From contig OZ218951.1 in NCBI GenBank assembly GCA_965112735.1, forward strand, positions 4,030,001 through 4,094,000: a DNA stretch of 64,000 nucleotides. Direction: 5' to 3'. The notes under the pieces are model-generated. The model was not told the origin of the DNA and did not search any database. It saw only the letters and a list, made by a program, of their open reading frames with translations. The DNA comes from Phaeosaccion multiseriatum. Taxonomy: Eukaryota; Protista; Ochrophyta, other classes. Each line of letters begins with the position of its first letter. Within the stretch, counting starts at the first letter, position 1. Positions 59,786-64,000 of the stretch are shown here, in pieces. Position numbers and translations under genes: made by a program.

Positions 59786-60755
59786 GCAGGAGGAGGAGAA
59801 GGATGAGGAGCAGCAACAGGGGCATGGGAGAAGGAGGGTTTGTTCGGTGGGCGAGGGCGGGGCGGGGCGCAGACAGAGCATCGTGGAGCAGATGGAGAGT
59901 GCGGCAGGTAAGCTGTTCGCCTCATCAAAATACGGGGGGAGGCCGGCACACGCGGGGTGGGGTAACACCACGACAGCTCGGAGTTCGGCCAAAAGGGCCC
60001 GGGGGGGGGTGGAGGACAGGGGAGAGGAGGAGGAGGAGGAGGAGGAGGAGGAGGAGGAGGAGGAGGAGGAGCAGCAGGAGGAGGAGGAGGAGGAGGAGGA
60101 GGAGGAGGAGGAGGAGGAGGAGGAGGAGGAGGAAGAGGAGGGGGGGGGGGAAGAGGAAGAGGAAGAGGAAGAGGAGGAGGGTGCCGCTGCTGTATCACCA
60201 ACTGGTGCGGGTGGTGGTGGGGGCAAGAGAAGGAGGCGGTCATCTTCGTCTCGCTCGCCGGAGAGGGGGAAGATGAAGGAGTTCCTGAGCACCCTCAGCA
60301 GTAAGTTGTTGAGCCCGTCAAGACGCAACTCTGCGAATGCATGTGCCAGCGATGCCGACCGGGAGCAGAAGAACGAGAAGAAGGAGAAGAAGAGGAAGGA
60401 CAAGAACAAGAAGAAGAGGAAGGAGAAGGGGAAGAAGAGGGGCCAGGTGGAGGAGGAGGAGGAGGAGGAGGAGGGGGGGGGGGCGGAGGAGGGGGAAGGA
60501 AAGAGGGAGGAGGAGAATAAGGGGCAAGAACGGGGGCAGCGGCGCCAAGAGCACCGGAGCAGTGACAGCGAGAGAAGGGAGAATGCACCCGACGAGATGC
60601 TTCCCACACGCAGCCGCCTCAGTAACATCATCCCGCTCACTGCCAATCCAATGCTGGCGACGACGACCACCGAAGGGCAGGAGGAGCACCAACAAGTGCA
60701 ACCTCCTCCTCAGAAAGGCTCGTGCTCATCGAGTGGCCCTTCCTCGCAGGGATGA
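52845..60755 (+). CDS. DH-PH Rho guanine nucleotide exchange factor with long low-complexity C-terminus, ~9 exons
   Basis: [39 protein letters not shown] (DH); [10 protein letters not shown]...[11 protein letters not shown]...KAEWL (PH). Confidence 0.88.
54967..55612. repeat. (GTCA)n-based minisatellite with actggt/acccggt interruptions, starting at the splice donor
   Basis: Direct reading. Confidence 0.95.
57947..58463. repeat. (GGAA)n tract (57947-58209) and complementary (TTCC/TCCC)n tract (58328-58463) in intron 57930-58484
   Basis: Direct reading. Confidence 0.9.
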
Positions 60756-61119
60756 TTGAAGAGTTTGCCTTATCTCCGTCACTGGATGTAGATGATGCGA
60801 AGGAGAAGTAGGTAGATGGATGTGGTGTGTGTACAGTCAGTTGACAGCGTACAGCAGTGGTGAGCTTGAGGCTCGTAAGACGCCAGTGGACGAGGCGAAT
60901 GACAAACAGAGGGCAAGCAATGGAACCGAAGAGGGCAGGGCGACACTCGATAGTGCAACCTTACCTCGAGTCCATGTTGTGAATACTTGCGGCAGATAAA
61001 GGGATGTTTAATGTCCTATTCTTGTCTGTTTATCTGGTTGTGAGCACTAGTTGTGTTCCTAGTCCCCGAGGGGGGAAGATAAGTGTGGCATGATTGACTG
61101 CAAGTTGCAGGCCATGTCA

Positions 61120-64000
61120 TCACAGTAGGACAAAGACAGAGATGTTGCCTTGGGCGACTTGGTCTTGGATGAAGTGGCCCTTGACTGCGGTGTGCTTGAG
61201 CTTCTTGCGCAGGTTGCCTCCATTGGCGAGGGCGTTGCAGCCGATGTTGTCGCCGTAGATGGTTGTAGCTGTCCTGAGCGGTTCGTCGATGGAGGCGAGT
61301 ATCTTGCGAATGGAGCACAGCTCGATGGTAACGGAGGCCATGGCTCCTAGTTCCGCCTCGGTCGATGAGAGCGTAACGAATCGCTGAAGCTTGCTGTGCC
61401 AGGCGATAGGTCCGTGATTGTAGTATATGGCGAAACCGCCAGTAGAGCGGCGCGTTCCGGTGTCACCAGCCCAGTCCGAGTCGCAGAAGGCGGTGAGGTC
61501 ATGCTCAATCGGAGAGGACTCGATGGAGCGTGAAGGGCGGCCGAAGTGGATGCCCAATGAGGGCGCTCCTCGCAAGTAGCGGAGGATGCGCTTGGCGGCC
61601 TTGTGCTGCTCCTCAGTGGGGGAATGCATGTAGCGGCATACGTTGTGCACCGCCTCCGAGATGTCCGGGCGAGTGGCGATTGCGGCGTACAGAAGTCTGC
61701 CCACAAGGGAGCGGAAGGCGGTCGGGTCTCCGAATGGTTGGTCCGTCGTGTTCGTGGCGATGTTGCGGTTGGCGGCTGCTGGTGTGGGCACCGGTGAGGC
61801 GTCGGTCATGTTGTGCTTGGCCAGCAGGGCTTGGATGTATCCCGCCTGGTTCAGGAAAATTGAACCATTTGCTCGATTGTATCTGATCTCGAGGGCGAGG
61901 AAGTAGTGGATCTGCCCAAGGTCCTTGATGTCCACATAGCGCTGGAGTGAGCTGATGATGTAGTCGATCTCCTCGTTGGTCGCGGCGCTGCAGATGAGGT
62001 CATCCACGTAGAGACCTACTATTGCCGGGCTCGGGTCGTTGCGTACGAAGATGCAGGGCTCGTCAGTGGTGGGCTCGAAGTTGAGCTTACGTAAGTACTT
62101 CGTAAGTAGCTTGTTCCACTCGTAGCCGCTCTGGGCCAGTCCGTACAAGGTCTTCAGGAGCTTGGGCCACCTTGGTAGGGTCCTTGACGTATCCGGGTGG
62201 CTGCCTCATGTACACAGTCTCCGAGAGAGTTGCGTACAGGTAGGCGCCGCTCACGTCCGCGGCTCGAATCTCCCACTTGCGGGAGGCGAGCATGGCGAGC
62301 ATGAGTCGAAGGGAAGGGAAGCCGAGTGTCGGAGCGTAGGTCTCGTTGAAGTCTTCTCCGTACCGCTGGCTGTATCCGAGGGCGACCAGTCTTGCCTTGT
62401 GCTTGACGATCTCGCCCTTCTCGTTGAGTTTCACTTTGAATACCCATTTGCTGCCAACGATGTTGGCTTTGTCTGGTTTGTCGACGAGTGTCCAGGTCTG
62501 TTGGTCCATAAGCTGATTGTACTCGAGGTCGGCGGCTGCGCGCCATTCCTTTGCGTCGGGTCGGCGCACGGCCTCGGGTGGACTGGCTGGTTCACGTTCA
62601 ATCTGTATGTCTTGATAAGCGTAGTAGACCTGGTTCGTTTCGCTCCTGTAGCGCGCGCGCCATTCTTCTTCTTCGATGGCGTCGTCATTGTCGTTGAGTC
62701 CAAAACCGCTCTCCCTGAATGCTTTTGCGCCTTCTGCTGACTTGCCGATGGTGTGTGCTGCAGATTTGGGTTGACCGAAGCGCACGCTCTTCGTGGTGTT
62801 GCGCCTGGGGCGCCCGATGCAAGGCGTGGGAGTAGAGGGCAGGTTCTCCTCGTTGACCTCGTTCGCCTCTTCTGCTTGTGCATGGACTTGATTCTGCTCC
62901 GGCTCTGGCTCGCTCTCCTCCTTTGACTCCTCGCTTGATGTCGTGTTGTTGACTGGCTCGGGTGAGATGTCTTGACCGTCCTTGCTTGCACGTAGCCTGT
63001 GATCGTCAATGAGTTTGATCTCGTGGAAGGTGACGTGCCGAGACATTCGCACGACGTTGCGTTGAGGGTGGTATATCTCGTATGCTGGCGAGCGTTCGTC
63101 GTATCCAATGAGGATCCATCCAGTTGATGCTCGAGGGTGAATCTTGTTCGGTCGCTCCGCTCTGTTTCCGGGCTCGAGGTGCAGGAATCCAGGTGAGCCG
63201 AAGGTTCTGAGGTGGTCGATGGAAGGGGCTCTGCCATACCACTTGTGGAAGGGGCTCTGATGGTCGGGGAGGCTTGATGTTGGTACTCGGTTGGAGATGT
63301 AGGCCGCAGTCTTCAGTGCTGGCTCCCAGTAGCGTGGTGGAAGTACTGAGGCCTCAAGTAGCGTTCGCATCATCTCCGTAAGGGTGCGGAATGCGCGCTC
63401 GATCTTGCCATTCTGGCGGGGCTCGTATGGCGCGCTGAAGCGGTGCTGAATTCCCATGGTCTTGTAGTAGGACTTGAGCTCCTCGCTGTCAAACACTTGT
63501 TCATAGTCGCTCTTGATGCGGCTCACCTTGAGATCGTCCGGGCGGATGACGGTGTCGAAGAACTCGACGATGAGCTTCGGCACGCTCTCCTTCTTCTTCA
63601 TTGTGAAGATCCATTTGCGGCTGGTGAGGCGGCAGATGATGCCGAGGGCATACCGGTGCCGTCGTATGGGGGGGTCGAATTTGCCCAGTAGGTCCATGTA
63701 GAGGGCCTCTGCTCGTCTGGTAGGAGCCATCGAGTCTCCGCCAGTGAGTGGTTGGTGATGTGATTTGCATGTTGTGCAAACGGCGCATTCGATCGCTGAG
63801 TAGGGTCGTGACGGTTTGGTGCTGCGCGTTGCCAGTACTCGGTTGAGGTCCGCGACGTTGATGTGGCCTAGTCGATAGTGCCAACGCACTCCGTAGAGCA
63901 TGCGTTTGCTGTGATCGCTGGCGTGTGGGGCAGCGCCCCCAGGAAGTGCGCTGTCTTCATCGTCGTTGGGCGGCGCGGTGACTCGCTCTGTTGTCCTGGG
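61120..64000 (-). mobile_element. Ty1/copia retrotransposon pol (integrase-RT-RNase H), frameshifted, continuing beyond the window end
   Basis: WHYRLGH + CAVC (integrase zinc finger), QNGKIER, KWVFKVK...KARLVALG, ADVSGAYL, LYVDDL, FCDSDWAG...LSSTEAE; IN before RT; extra base at ~62165 splits the two ORFs. Confidence 0.95.

Overview
Eukaryotic nuclear DNA: GC-rich, gene-dense, with GT-AG introns full of microsatellites. Two proteins carry signal peptide + ASAF/AEAF plastid-import motifs, which points to a photosynthetic stramenopile (inference). I spliced gene models by hand. In order: the 3' end of an unknown gene; a 3.45-kb inverted duplication (arms 1298-4746 and 10432-13894) carrying NRT2 nitrate transporter (left copy 5'-truncated at a repeat end) and ECO1 cohesin acetyltransferase, with a PDI and a peroxisomal CoA-binding protein gene in the spacer; a hotdog thioesterase; a HOP1/ASY1-like HORMA protein; a Myb-like factor; a sulfatase; a FYVE-ankyrin-RING protein; an acidic plastid protein; a TEX47-like protein; BCAT; a multi-RPEL/EF-hand protein; MMAA; a DH-PH RhoGEF; and a frameshifted Ty1/copia element. 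The most striking observation is in the PDI gene. Both WCGHC active sites are in frame only if a one-nucleotide exon (G, context TAG|G|GTGAGTA, positions 5421 and 7411) is spliced in, and both micro-exons are preceded by a shared intronic motif. Many introns also have G/purine-rich repeats at the 5' end and complementary C/pyrimidine-rich repeats at the 3' end, suggesting structure-assisted splicing. Most short ORFs in the supplied track are microsatellite artefacts. No database searches were run.
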